Of a stretch of 64,000 nt of DNA, positions 49,406 through 63,435 are shown one piece after another. The stretch covers positions 1 through 64,000 of the forward strand of contig CAJNYD010000055.1 in assembly GCA_905331295.1 (NCBI GenBank), given 5' to 3'. Source of the stretch: Rotaria socialis. Taxonomy: Eukaryota. Each line of letters opens with the position of its first letter. Position 1 is the stretch's first letter. Below the pieces are notes generated by a model. The model was not told where the DNA came from. It made no database searches and saw only the letters and a list, made by a program, of their open reading frames with translations. Position numbers and translations under genes: made by a program.

Positions 49406-52172
49406 CCCAGGTCGATCATCCTGAATCGTAAACGGCCATATGCCTATCATTCACGGTGAAAAACGGCGACCGTATTTTGTAGTCGTTTACTGTTATCATA
49501 AACGAAGTGTTACGATGAAATACAGTAGTCGTAAATGAGGATCGTGAAAAATCTCCGTAAACGACCTTCGTAACTAACCGATAGCTGTAAACGACTGTCG
49601 GATATCACAGTAAACGGCCGGAACCGATGACCGTAAATGATTCAGGAAACGTTTGCCGTTTTTCTATCGTATATTTTCGTACACGAGCGTCTACGATGAT
49701 TATCTGTTCGCTTAAAGTATAGTAGCAGTTTTTAGATTATAGTTTACTTAAATTTATTCAGAAACCAAAACCCTACACTCCAAAATAATCTGTCAGCTCT
49801 TTCATTATTTCTATGATTTCTGTCACATATCTCCAGGATTTTCAAGTCTTTCATCATTTATCAAAAAGAAGTATCATAAAGCATCTGTTTTCATCTTTAA
49901 CACAGCATCTGCGACAAAGCCTATCATTTACGGCTCACTTTCACTGAAAAAATCCAAAAGCAAGATTTCTGCATCTTAAACGTTATTGGTAAGAACAGAC
50001 GACATGCCGTACCCCAACTTTTCATTAAATTTTACTCTAAGTCCACGAGATCATTTATCAACCTCGCCAGCTTTTCACATTCACCTATACCAAATTATTT
50101 CTGCTCTATTACAGTGCCACTCCAGATCTAAAGCTCGTCAAAGCCGATTTTTATCAAAAATCAGAATTCGAGAAAAAAAACATTTTTTACGATTTTTGTT
50201 TCAAATCAGGAACTAGAGTTGCCTGAATGTGCAACATTCAAGAAATCCTATAGATATTCACTCAAAACAGCAGAATACATAGGTTCCGTATGATCTCTAG
50301 AAACCTTGTGTCACAAAGATGCGGAGATCCCACTTGACCTTTCGCAAGAAATCGAACAAAAACATCGTTTTCCCTTACAATCGAGTTAAACTTTGAAGCA
50401 GATCCATACTGAACATATTCCTATATCGAATTCCTGTTGAACGCTGCCCTAGATAAACATCTTGTAAGCAAGATCTTGGTCAAGATACAAGGTACAGATA
50501 TGTTAACAGATCTTGGAAATTCAGGTACGAGACAACTGTATTATCTTGCACCCAAGATCTAATTACAGATCGTACATAAGAATCCATTAAATATTGGATG
50601 CACACTAAAATAAAACCTGCTGCATTCTTTAATATTTTTTCAATATTTTTTCATTTTAATTATTCCTCTCCCGAATTCCAGCAAGTCAGATGTTGGGATC
50701 TGACTGGCTATAAATTGGTCCTATATCCGTCGGACCAATTAGGAAAGTCCTCTTTCGATCATCGATCGCGATCAGCATTCTCTCGAATAATCGAGAAATA
50801 GTTGAGAAAAAACAAATTTTGAAAATTTGTTTTTCGTATGTTCAATCATGCTGTTTCTATACAGTTGTGATGATGTGGCTTTCTGTTTCGCTCAAGGTCT
50901 TATCAGAAGATTATAGTACACGATATTTTTTCCATGATCTTGCCAAGATCTTAAGTACAGATTTATCTGATACAACCAAGATATGTACATACAAATTATC
51001 TTTTGAAGATCTTAATAAGATCTTACTTACCGATCCCAAGATTCCCAGATCTTGCATACAAGATGTTCGACTAGGGTGCTGAATAAATCCGCTCAATTAA
51101 GGAAAAAACAATCTTTAAAGGTATTTCTACGATCGAAAAGATGCAATTTCCGTAACAAACATTGAGGAGATTTTAATGATTCTTCTAATTTTTTTCACCG
51201 ATTTCCATGGGTGGCATTACTTATATTACGCTATATAAATTTTTTTGTATTTTTTATCATGATCTTCACTGAAAGTCAAAAGCAATGATTTTTGACGAAT
51301 TCCACTTAACGAATTTTTCTGTATCTCTTGCATAAATACTCATCATTTAAAGATTTATTATTCTCGATACTATATGATTAATCGTAAATAACACCATAAG
51401 CACTTATTCTTGTTGATGCCAAGTATCATTGCTACCGCTTTTCGATGAATTATATACGGAAAACATTGATTTTAACACGATTTCTTTGATGCTTTTCGTA
51501 TTTTTCAGATTTGTCATGATCCCTGGTGCACAATCACCAAATGCGGATCTCTTGATGTTCTCGATCCAATGCTGCTATCCACGATTTTCTAAGATGCTTC
51601 CTTCGAAAGGTGATTTTAGCAGGATTTGTTCGGTGCTCTTTTGTATTTTTTTTAGATTTGTCATGTTTTTTGCTGTTTGATACACGGGAAATCATAGGGA
51701 GTTAGTTTTGGGTGCTCTCGGTAGATTTAGGGTATAAACGGTGCTTCGAAGAGATATGTTGGAAGTATGATTTTTGTGATTTTCGATGTGATTTGGAGTA
51801 GGCTTTTTGGCTGCTTGCATTTTGAGTGTGATTTCTATGGAAGTGTAGTAGAATTGATGTCTGTAGTGTGCTCACTTTCGATCGGAGGGGTCTATGAATG
51901 TGTTTTTCTTTTTATTCAGAATTACGGCCGTAAACGGTCGGTTACGATCGTATACATTACAGTCCTTGGTCGTTTCCTGTTTATGATGCGGCCGTATACG
52001 GCTTCTAAACAGGCGCTGCGTTCTGCCGTACACGACACGGCGATAAGCAGCCGTAATATGACGCATACCACAACGTTAAAATACAGCCCGTATATGGTCG
52101 TCAATTCCGCGTATGCGGCCGTATACGTCATCGTAAACGGCCGTATCTAACCGTCGTAATGCTCGACCTGGG
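49406..52172. mobile_element. Non-autonomous CMC-like element with CCCAGGTCGA termini and CGTAAACGG subterminal repeats
   Basis: CCCAGGTCGA at 49406 and TCGACCTGGG ending at 52172; terminus related to the CCCATGTCGA end at 40209. Flanks (AA vs TA) do not match, so the ends may belong to different copies. Confidence 0.65.
50447..51076. mobile_element. 630-bp MITE nested in the preceding element
   Basis: Left TIR CCCTAGATAAACATCTTGTAAGCAAGATCT versus right reverse complement CCCTAGTCGAACATCTTGTATGCAAGATCT; TG on both flanks (2-bp TSD); CAAGATCTT subterminal repeats. Confidence 0.85.
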
Positions 52173-52220
52173 TATGACACTTTTGCCATTCGTTCCGGTC
52201 TCTGGTAAGAATCGCGAAAA

Positions 52221-52350
52221 ATATATTTACGAGGAATGCGGTCCATGGCCAAATGAAAGAATTCCTAACGAACGTCTTTGGATGTTATCCGACCGTGAAA
52301 ATATACATCGTATGAGATGTAAACTTGTTGAAAATAACGAATTTAAAAAA
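52221..52350 (+). pseudogene. Isolated exon fragment resembling neurobeachin-like (NBEAL/BEACH family) proteins
   Basis: YIYEECGPWPNERIPNERLWMLSDRENIHRMRCKLVENNEFKK followed by a GT donor; resembles the GxW...WKL..xEN.SRMRLKL motif that precedes PH-BEACH; no other BEACH exons seen nearby. Confidence 0.6.
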
Positions 52351-52672
52351 GTACATATTTATATATGCTTATTACAAAATTGTTGTTTGCATCTAGTGAC
52401 ATCTACTAGATAGTTTTGTATAGATAAATATACATATCTACAATAGTATTTTCTTTATTAAAAAAAATTAAAGAGTTTTAAATGTAGTTTTGAAACAAAA
52501 CTTCTTACAAATGAATATAAAGTTTCATTTTCAAGGGATTCATTGAACTAATGAATGTTTGGACTAGTTGATATCTTTCTTCGTCTCTAATTACTCCCAT
52601 CCCATTGTTTGGCATAAGTATTTAGTTTGATTATTGTTTATCATAGTTATTTCGAAATTCTTATCATTTGAA

Positions 52673-54701
52673 ATGAGTGCAGAACCTGAGATAAGTGTAG
52701 CAGCAGCAAATGCAGGTGAATTAAATCAACCCAAACCTCGTTGGATGCCTTTAGAAGGCAATCCTGAAGTGAGTTATCTCTATATTTGTTACACGTACTG
52801 ACGAACTTCTATATAGGTCTTGAACAAATATCTACAAAATTTAGGTGTCAAAAATGAGAATTATGAATTTGTTGAAATAATTGGCTTTGATGAAGAACTA
52901 CTTGCTTTTGTTCCACAACCTGTCGCTGCTGTACTTTTAATTTTTCCAATAACTGAACAAGTAGATTTCTAATGCAAGCTCATTGATTGAATTTAGTTAT
53001 ACTTTTTTTTAGCATGAAAAAAATCGTCGTAAAGAATTTGACGAAGCTGCGAGTACACCGCCTGATTATTCTCAAGCTATTTATTTTTTAAGACAAAGTA
53101 TTGGTAATGCTTGCGGATCAATTGCTGTTATTCATTCAATTGCAAACAATCTAGAAAAATTTCATCTTCATGGTTTTTTATTCATAAGATTTTTTCGTTT
53201 AAACTGAATTCTTTTTTTTTCTTAGCACACAAACCATTGGCTCAGTTTTTGGAAACGACAAAATTAATGACACCTGAGCAACGAGCTGAACATTTAAAAC
53301 ATGCACTGGATATGGCAACAGCTAATGATACAATTGCAGAAGAAGGAGAATCACGTGTATGTATATCAAGAGACATTTCACTAAAACAACAAGTTTTCAT
53401 TGAATAATAATTTATAAACTATTTTTCGTTTGATTTCACTTCTTTATTTAAGAAAGATGATGAATTGACAAAGAGAAAACATTTTTAGTCATCCGATAAT
53501 TGATTAGTATTTATATTAAAAATAGGTCATTGATCGAGACGAACATGTTAATTTGCATTTCGTATGTTTTGTTAACGTTAATAATGAACTGTATGAACTA
53601 GATGGGCGACATCCACATCCAATCAAACATCCAGTTAAAATACGAACTGGAGATGCACTTGATTTATTACGTGTAAGTTACTCTTTATTTTTTTTAATGT
53701 GTAGAATATTCTATTCGCAATAAACAGAAAATAAATTATCTCGACAGCATATATTATATTAAATCAACAAATTGTATCATTTTCTTTAGGTTTCATTAAT
53801 TAGAATAATCCGATCTTTTATTCGAATAAAATATTCTTGGTGAAAAATAATATTAGACTTTATCTTGTCGATTAAATTTAAAAAGAAAAGAGTGAAATGG
53901 AACAATATAGCCGTTACAAATTTATTTGTCGTATAGATGATCGTTTTGTGTAAGACGAGAAAGAACTTTTGCTTTGAACCATGTCCGTTACATATTATTC
54001 AAATTTATCTTTACCAATCTGCATGAATCTCGAGAAAAAAATCATTTTGATTTCTGATCTTTTCATCTGTAGAATATTTGTATCATCTTTAGAAAATAGA
54101 TAATTTTAAAAAGTCTATGTATTCCAATAATTCAATCCATCAACTAAACAATAATCTTGTCGTCGCTTAATCGTTTTAATGAATTAATCCCATTTATGAA
54201 ATCATAATATTGTCGAAATAGATTATACTTCGACTTGTTCTACTAAATAGAATCTTGTTTTCATAGTTTTCGTCAATATTCTATAAGAAACAATAATATA
54301 GAAAATAATAACAAATGTGTCTACTATTAAGAATTAGACAAGACTTTCCAAATCAAATTTAAAATAGATTGGATTAAAAGTATGCATCACATAACTTCTA
54401 TAACAAAAAGAAAAGGCTTTGATGAAAGAAAAGAAATATTAATTTTATTCAATATAAATGAAATTTCTTATTCGATAATTAAGATTTATTTGAAGACATC
54501 AATCAGCTTGTCTTCAGTTACTGTTGAAAGGTTTTCCTGTGAATAAAGATTTTTCTTTTCTTAAATGCTTGCAAAAAACTCTTCTATAGATTCATTTTAT
54601 TTGGTTTTTAGAGTACCAAAGATGTTATATTGAAATTAGTTGAAGATGCTGGTGGAGATATACGTTTTTCAATGTTGGCTTTGACAAAAATGGCAGATTA
54701 A
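52673..54701 (+). CDS. UCHL3: Ubiquitin C-terminal hydrolase (peptidase C12, UCH-L1/L3-like), 6 exons
   Basis: [47 protein letters not shown] (catalytic Cys), LHFVCFV..LYELDGR (catalytic His/Asp), IRFSMLAL, stop at 54699-54701. Confidence 0.93.
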
Positions 54702-56975
54702 CAAAAGCAAATATTTTCTGCATGTTTTTTTTTTAATACTTGCACTCTTTCTGTAATTGAACTAACATGATTTCATCTAATGGATGTTTTTTACATACAA
54801 GTATGCGAAGAAGAAAAGAAAACAAGACATTATCAAAGTACATGAATCGTTTTAAAATTCTTATGTACATTTTTCTTAATCAATCAAGCAGTAAGAGCAT
54901 ATGTTGTGTTTGTTTTGAAACTTCAAAGTTATCATTTAAGCAAAATAAAAGAAAAACGTATATGAGTCTAAGATACTATTCTTAAAAAATGTTAGAAAGA
55001 TAATTTATTTATTTACCATCTTCAGACGATGCTCATGGTAGTTTCTCTAGAAATTTAGAGTGCCTCAGGATAGAAAAATGTTTGATGGAATATTCATAGT
55101 TATTATGCAAGGTTGTTTTCAGAACATTACTTCTTGAAAATTGTGACATATTTCAATTTGAAAAAATGCGATAAAAAGGACTTGTTAACGTCATGAACTT
55201 TATTTTATAATGAAAAACATATCATTTTTTTGTTTTTTCATAAAGAACCAAATGAAATTATTTCAAATGCATAATAATAGTTAAGTATAATTCGATTAAA
55301 AAGAGTTATGTAATGAAAGCACTCCGTTATATTCTGATAGAGTAAACAGCGGAGCGAGACTATTATATTTGTACATTCAATATAGCTCGTCATACGAATG
55401 TCAAAATCCTAGTTCTACAACAGATGTAATAGATCAATTGACGTTTCTTTGACAAAAGAAATATTCGATTAAAAATAGATAGTTTCTGAATTTTTTAGTG
55501 TTTTATTAAGAGTAGAAAATGACTCACGAGTTACTGAAATCGTCAAACAATGTCTGAACTGAAATGATAGCTGTTAAACATAACTGTATCCCATGAGATG
55601 TAATTTATAGCAATCGTTGATTAAAATAATTAGAAACATAAATAATGAAATGCTCACAAACCATCGTCAAATTTTAAAAAATTCGATATCAATGTCAAAA
55701 TATTTTAAATGAGTTTTGAAAAATTGTTAATAGCACATATATATATATAATAGAGATTCTTTTATTGTTGACATTATCTTAACTATATTTCGATGTACAA
55801 TAATTTTTACAAATAAATTTCAAAATCAAATGCATGACAAATGAAGACCTTGTTATGGTCTCATTCAGCTTCTTCTTAATCAAGAGAAAATTAAAATGAT
55901 GTATTCCATTTAAAAAATTTACCAGTGGAACTTCATTAGGACTAAAATATGGAATTTCTATGCATACTTTAGACTCACTACGCCGAATGAAAAATAGATT
56001 TCGAAAAAAGTTCATCTTATTTCTAAGATCTTTAATTAGAGCATTATACCGATTTACTTATGTTTGTAATGGTAAAGATAGAACGTGGAACCTTAATTAT
56101 AATGATATATAATTGGTAAAGGCTGATTTTAATTATTGATATCTGTTGACTGTAATGAGGAGTGGGGAACCGCAAAAGACCTCACCTTAAAACTTACACT
56201 GATTATTTCTTCAAAGCAAGAGGTCAGTTCTACGAAATGTATCGATGAATGGCACGCTTCTTATTTATATTTTGTACACTACATTGTACTACACTTATCT
56301 TTCTTTTACATTGATCATCTCTAGTACTAATTGGATTCTGTATCAGACACACCGCTATATCTGTTAGACATTTCTATGAAAGAACAACACCTAAAATTCG
56401 ATGTGTTAATGGAATAAATCAACACAATTCATCGAGCAAAGTTTAATCCCATTTTTATTATTCATAGTCTGACATTAGTAATTTTTTTTCTAAACAAACT
56501 CACTAGTTTTATAAATCAATGAGACACTAGTAGATATTTTTATAATAGTAGCATCGATTGATCTTCTGTTTTAAATATCACAAAAAAATATTATATTAGA
56601 GCAAAATATTTTATCAATGGCATCGACAACTTTTAATATGAGTAACTTTCATTTTCTTCTAAGTTGAGCATTGAGTAATAAACGATCGCATGGGGTAATG
56701 GTATTTTGCGTTTTTACTGAAACTTTCAAGTGTTTCTTTCATCGTAAAATGAAAAATAACGATTGTTTTTCTTTTAACGTATGTACACCAACCTTCTATT
56801 CAAATAATAAGAATTAAAGAAAAAAAAAGAGCGAGAAAAAAAAATTTTGATAGTAAATAACTGTTACTGAAAGCATAAAACAGCAGCATTTTGTTTTCAT
56901 TTGAAAACATTAACGGTAGTCTTTAACATTTTAACATACTGTGAAGAATTCTTTCTATACAGTTCAGTGTGAAAT

Positions 56976-57919
56976 ATGACGCGTGAAAGCGAAAAGAATT
57001 TTCTGGAAATCTGGCCAATATGTTTTATAAGATTCCTGGCTGTTGTTGAATTAATAGCTACGATCATTCTTCTTGGCACAGAATTTGGTAATGTAGCAGC
57101 CAACTTTTGGCTAACAAATGTGTTCGCTGGAGGATGGTGTGGTATGATTATGCTCATACATGTTCTTCTATTGATGTGTGCCGGTGAGTGAGCGATTGAG
57201 AATAAAATAAACTTTTAATAATTCATTTTTCGGTAGGTTGCTGTTGTCCTGGAGTCTCATCTGCTTTTCGAGTAGTCGTTGTTACAATTATTGCTCTTGT
57301 AGCTTGCACGACTTTAATTGGATTTGATGCTTATTTTCTTGCAAAACCTGACGCATGTTTATTGACTTCATCATGTAGTTCAAATGCTGCTTTGAATACT
57401 ACATTCAATTACAACTTTCAAGTCTCGTTTTTCACAGCATTTACCAGTTTAAGCACGTTTAAATCATATACAGGAACCCAAACTAAGTTTCTGTTTCAAT
57501 CGATGCAGTTGGGTATCGGTGCTTTATGCTTTTTGATCTGTGTTATTTATTTAGTTATTTATTACTCAATCAAAAGTCAATTGAAGGCACAAGTACAGCC
57601 TAGTTCACAATCACAAAAGCGATCCAATAATAAATCATTCCAAGAAGTTTCTAATATATCACCCAGAGAAACCTATTATCCACCACCACCACCACCACTA
57701 TTACTACCACCGCCACCACCACTGTTACTACCACCGCCACCAGCAGCACAACAGTATTATCAATCGGCAGGACCTATTTTGCGTCCACCTATATATGCGC
57801 CACAGACACCAACGAGACAACAGTATTATCAATCGTCCGGACCTGTTTGGCGTCCACCTGCACACGTGCCACAGCTACCACCAGGCCAAGTTCCTTGGAA
57901 TCAAAACAGGCAACAGTAA
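56976..57919 (+). CDS. Uncharacterised ~4-TM membrane protein with a Pro/Gln/Tyr-rich cytoplasmic tail, 2 exons (56976-~57183, ~57237-57919)
   Basis: Four hydrophobic segments, a Cys-containing loop between TM3 and TM4, and a C-terminus with PPPPPPLLL x2 and QQYYQS.GP..RPP x2; in-frame GT-AG intron. Confidence 0.75.
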
Positions 57920-59069
57920 TATATATTTTACTCAAATCAATCAAGCTCAACGGCCTTTCCTTTATTTTCTGTTGATACTGCACAATCACTTTTTTTTCAC
58001 ATAAATATTCTGCAAAGAAAAAGCAACTTTTTTCCGAACATTATAATTACAAGAAATTCATGAATTTCTATATTATTTTCATTTTCATTTTCATTCTCAT
58101 CTTCTTTTCCTTTTTTTTTCATTATTCTATTTTGTCTTCACAGTGGGAACAGACTATGGGGGTCAATAACGTATTTGCACCATGTGGTTTAAGTTATAAT
58201 GTTATCATAACAGAGATTTTATCTGTCTGACAAAATTGATTTGAGTCAATAAAATAAATCTTTTTCTGCTGTAAACAAGTCTGATAGGTGATGAGTGACA
58301 GTTAAAGTTTATGGATTGTTTTTCGTATAATATAATTTTTTTTTATAAAGTAAACAACAAATGAGACAAGAGAAATAAGATTAAATAGCTCTGAATAAAT
58401 AAAAAATAGATTTATATTGAGTAGTTAATAGAAAAATGTTTTGAGTGTCTCAGTATTGGTCGTCCCGTCATGCACATTCCACAATATTTCGTGATAGCTC
58501 TATACTAAAAACATGTTTTATATTCATTATTTATGAAATTATTTGTTTCAAGTATATTAACAAAACATGAAAAAACATTTATATAATGAAAAACTTGCAC
58601 AACTATGATAATAGCGCACACTGTAATACTACACTTTCAATACTCTCCAAATGAGTAACAAAAAATTAATTCAAAATGAAAGCGACTAATTACCATTAAT
58701 ATAACTACTATCGTGTGATGATGTTGGCGATGTAAAATCTTCAGTATCTAGATCTGTAGTCAATGTCGGTGGTAGTCAAAACGCATTAGTACTCTCTAAA
58801 GCTTCAATATTTGATAATGGTAAAATAAAAGAATTCATTGTAAATTCATTAGATACCATTGTTGTATGAAATAAAAATATAATAAAAACAATTTCTGTCT
58901 AACTAACTCGTTTTTGTTTTACCTGATGGAAGATCAGATACAGTTTAAAAAGTACTTGCATATTTACCTAGTAAGTAATTATTTTTCGTAGTTTCATTTT
59001 GGTATTATTACCATCGAATTCCTCGATGATTGTCTTGGCTGGTTCTTTATCCGATAGAATGCATTCATG

Positions 59070-59342
59070 TCAATAACTACGGTCAGGTTCCGACAGAAAA
59101 GTAGCGGAAAACGTCGGACAATGAAACCAACGTTCCACAAAGAAAAGTTTCAAATTTTTTCTAGTGTGTTCTGGTCAGTAGCACACTTTTTTCTGCTAAA
59201 AACAGCCGTAGATCATCGGGAAAAGTCGAGAATTTGTCGGTCAGCATAGAATTTATGTAAACTTCCATCATGTCCCGATGATTTTTCCTGTGAGTTTAAG
59301 TGAAATCTTCTTATTCACAGAGTCCAGAACGATCGACTTGCG
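59070..59342. mobile_element. Probable degenerate non-autonomous DNA element remnant
   Basis: Locally higher-GC patch with CCGAC/GTCGG/CGGAAAA motifs like the subterminal motifs of other elements here; a TCGACTTGCG end resembles TCGACCTGGG; no clean TIR pair. Confidence 0.35.
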
Positions 59343-61413
59343 AACTGAATTTAATTCTAGAAAACAGATTCATTTGAGTAGTTTTCAAAGATAACATATA
59401 GTAGATATGATGAATTAGATAATAGCTTGAGAATGAGAATGAGTATTGAAAATAGATGTGAGCAATCAAATTTACTACCAATTTGTTTAGGCTGTACTTA
59501 GAACGTTTTACATAGTCAATAAGATCGTTTTAATCGGTCCATAATGATAATCAAGTTTATCTGACGATCAATAGGATTGCCGACTGTATTAAGTTTTATT
59601 TATTTTTATAGAAGATTTTAAGCGCTCAGAAATGTTGAGAAAAAATCCGAGGGAAACATTTTTCCAAACATGATTTGAGTATCGTTGAAATGATATTTCG
59701 CATATTTCGACCACAAAAAGTTCAGTTTAGAAAAAAGCTACAACCATCTTTTCAATCATTGTTTAATATTGAGTCATAAGAATTTTGAAACTGCTTTGTC
59801 GACTTTTTGACGCCGAAAAACATCACTTCACTCCTCCCTGTAGATAAAGTCAAAAATGAATTAGATTGAAAAGAAATTTTAGCAAAGGTGAACGAATCCT
59901 ATCGTGGCTTAATTACATGAGAATAACAAATCATATTGAAATAAACCATTAAAACAGTGCTTTAATTAGACTCATTAGTTTTGTTGTACTTAACCCTGAG
60001 TGTTATTGAGGTGGATATTTCAATAAAACGAGACCGAGACAAATATTTAAAATCAGCATCACTCTATTCAATGTAAAATATTAATTCATACGATGATTGT
60101 AATGTGTATCAAAACCGTATTGTCGCCGTTCAAAATCCTAGCAAATATTAGTCAGAAACGCTTGCAATAACATGTGAATAACAGTATAGTCTTTGATCGA
60201 AATCCTTTAAAATCTCTATCATACTATTTGAAAACTAACTTGATCGAGTAGCATACTTTTAGTTAGATATAGATATGATTATTATGTTGTGTGACTTATA
60301 TTTATTCATAAAACAATTTCAAATCTCTAGAAAAATATTAAAAGCATTATAGTTGCGTCACAATTATACTAAACAAAATAATATTCATTTAAAATTTTAA
60401 TTGAAAGAACTTTCGACAGCCAACATTAGTTTATTCTAAAATTTTAACACGAATTCGACCAAACTTATCTAGTTGTACATTACAAACGCATACCGAACAA
60501 AAGAATTGCTTTCGATCAAGTATTTTTCCTAATGAAATATGTGTACACGTCACAAAAGTGGGAATAGAAGATGAGGCCTATCCTTTCCGACAAAATTAGA
60601 AATTGTGTTTAGGCTTGGAGTAAACTATTAAAGACTTATTTTCCAGAGTTTTCGTCGTTCTGATAGACTGGATAAGTAGTTTGTATAGGTAGTGTGATAT
60701 TGTCTGTCGATGAACGTAGAATCACACAGTTTCTTCTTCTAATCACTAAAATTTATCACGATAATTAACTCAAAGAAACCTCAGTCATTCATACTCTCGA
60801 AACATAGCTGGAACCTTGTTTTCTATCATAGAAATATTCAATGTGAGCTTTTAGAATTTCTACTATCAATAAATTAGTTTTTAAATAAAATAGAATTTAT
60901 GAAAATAAAGTAAAAAAATAAGTGAGAAAACATCGGATTCGCATCCGATTGTTATGTGTACTGCAAAAACTGAGTTGATTTATATATGTTTTGAATAATT
61001 CTGAGAAAACAGTTTTTTTTGAAAGAACTGAGATATTGATGAGATCATTTTGTGTACAAAATTTCAAGACAATTGGATGAGCCTTTCAAGAGTCATCGTG
61101 TTAACGGACGGACACACTGACTAAATTTAGTGTACTCACTTTCAGAGTACACAAAAAGAAGCAATTTTGATGCCAATCATTTTTATATGCTAGATTCTCT
61201 ATTGACCCAGTATAAATTTCAAATTTGTATAAGAAGTCTACTTCTCTTTTTGAATTTCACATAAATAAAAGTTTCGTTTCTGGCTTATTTTGGTTTATAT
61301 ATATTTGTTTTTCCAGTTAACAATAATACTCGTTATTTAGTAATAGATAACTGTAGACGTTTATTACGAGTCATATAACGCATTGTTTTCTTATTAGAAT
61401 GAATCGTTTATAC

Positions 61414-61414
<1 letters not shown>

Positions 61415-61443
<29 letters not shown>
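61415..61443. repeat. (TA)n microsatellite
   Basis: Perfect TA run. Confidence 0.9.
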
Positions 61444-61445
<2 letters not shown>

Positions 61446-61868
61446 TTATAAATGATGTTTCAAAAATAATGCTAGTGACCAATTCTAGGAATTTTTACAC
61501 CTTTCATGATTTTTAATTTTAGTTTTAAATAATAATTGAATTGATTTAAATGCTCGCGACTATTCTTGTAGCTTAAATATTTCTAAAATGAATATTATAG
61601 ATTTATTCTCATTTGTTAAGTCGAAAATATATTAATTTTAAGAATTGTAGTCGTTTATTTGAATCTCTAGTGATTCTTTCAGTTATATTTTGAAGGTAAA
61701 CTGTGGTACATTTCGATGCTTATCGATCATGATATACATCCGTTTTGTTGCATCATAACTTTCTCTCTCATTCTCCTTGTGCGTATGTTCATGCACGAAC
61801 GATTTTCTTCGTATGCCTCTCTTATTCATCCATTTACTTGTTCATTCATATGAAATGAAAATCTACTA

Positions 61869-63435
61869 ATGGAGGAAGAAGTACCGTTGAAACTTATCGA
61901 ATTATCTGATTTTATTCGTTCACCGTCAATACTCTCGGAAAGGCTTGAATTTAAACAAACAAAAATTGAACAGCCAGAATTTGATGCGAAAATAAAAGAG
62001 GACTATGAGCCGGACACAGTTAAATTCAAACATACACAGACAGGTATTATTTTATTGAAACAAAAGGCAATATGTGCTGATAATCATGACGATGGAGAAT
62101 ATGCCAAACAAAAAGAATTAATTGTACCTAAGGACATTGTTGTGTTTGCTGATGATGTAGATAGACGAAAAATCGGTCTATTCAAAAAATCAAGAAATCA
62201 TTTTTCAAGGTTAGCCAAAAATTAAGAAATCAATTTGAAAAATCATACCTATTTTGATGATTTTAGACATTTATTAGTTACATCTGGTGCTGCACTTCAA
62301 GCACTCATACCTTCATTAATTAATACTAAAGAATGGCTTATTGTTTGTAACCTTAAATATTCTAAACTCTATACAAAAGAAATACCAATTGAAAGTAATT
62401 TATTGTATAAATATTTATTTTCTTTTAGTTAACTTCGTTTTATTAAAGAAAATGTGATAATTTCATTGAATATAAATCATTCTTGTGTTCGATATGAAAT
62501 CCTGACCGCTTTTGATCTATTACAACAATCATTCAATGAAACAAAATCAGCTTATATCTTGGTCTGTTTGTTTGTTTGTCTGTTTCTTACTAGAAAAAAT
62601 TTACAAAGTTCAGAAAATAAAATTTAGATTGATTTTTCCAAAATATTAAGTCGATGGTTTAAAGATTATCTTCAACGTACTGATCAATATCCATCACTAT
62701 CAAATCGGATGTTATACCGATATCAAATTCAAGCATCAAAATGTTCACTCACATTAGGAAAACGACAATATCATCAAGAAAATAATTATTATCGATTTGG
62801 AAGTAGTTTTCGAAAATTTGTAAATAATTTTATTTATTTCTCAATTAGATCGTTTTGTTTTCGTTCTATTTAGCATTACAAATCTGATATTCCAACGCAG
62901 ATTTATATCAATTTCAATTCTCTACCAATCATGTTTTATTCAATTCAGTTAGACAATATATTTGTCTATTCAATGAGTATATCTCTAGCATTTTTATCTT
63001 TTGTATTTTGGAAGTAAATTATTTGTTTTTTAATTTTTAGATGATGAATATAAGCAAATAATCAAAGATATTGGCAATGGTTTATCATTAGTTTCGGTAC
63101 ATGAACTTAATGCTAGTAGATATATTGAAAATAAGCCAAATGATTGTTCTGTGCTCGTTCCAAAGAATGAAATTTCTCAAGGAAAATATTCTATTGAAGA
63201 AAAAGAAGAGAACATTTCTTGTCCATCTTCATTCGAACCAAATGAAAACGAACGAATTTTATTTGAAAAAATTTGGAACAATCGAATGCGAATTCAAATG
63301 CAACATCAACAATTAATGATGAAAGCAGCAAAACTTTTGTGTTTTCCACCTCTTAACAATGAGTCAGTTTATAAAAAAGCTGTACCATTAAATAGTGAAT
63401 CAGATTTACCAACAATACCATTAGTTCATTATTGA
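61869..63435 (+). CDS. Uncharacterised protein, about 6 exons
   Basis: Open exon-like segments (61869-~62209, ~62268-62393, ~62429-62561, ~62628-62819, ~62874-62947, ~63041-63435) separated by short GT-AG introns; AATAAA after the stop; no family recognised. Confidence 0.7.

Noticed and set aside
45746..52150. ORF-track ORFs inside the TIR elements
   Set aside because: They arise from GC-richer subterminal repeats and show no transposase motifs.
58600..58830. Exon-like + strand segment (LLSCDDVGDVKSSV...)
   Set aside because: In-frame stops, no partner exons and no recognisable family.
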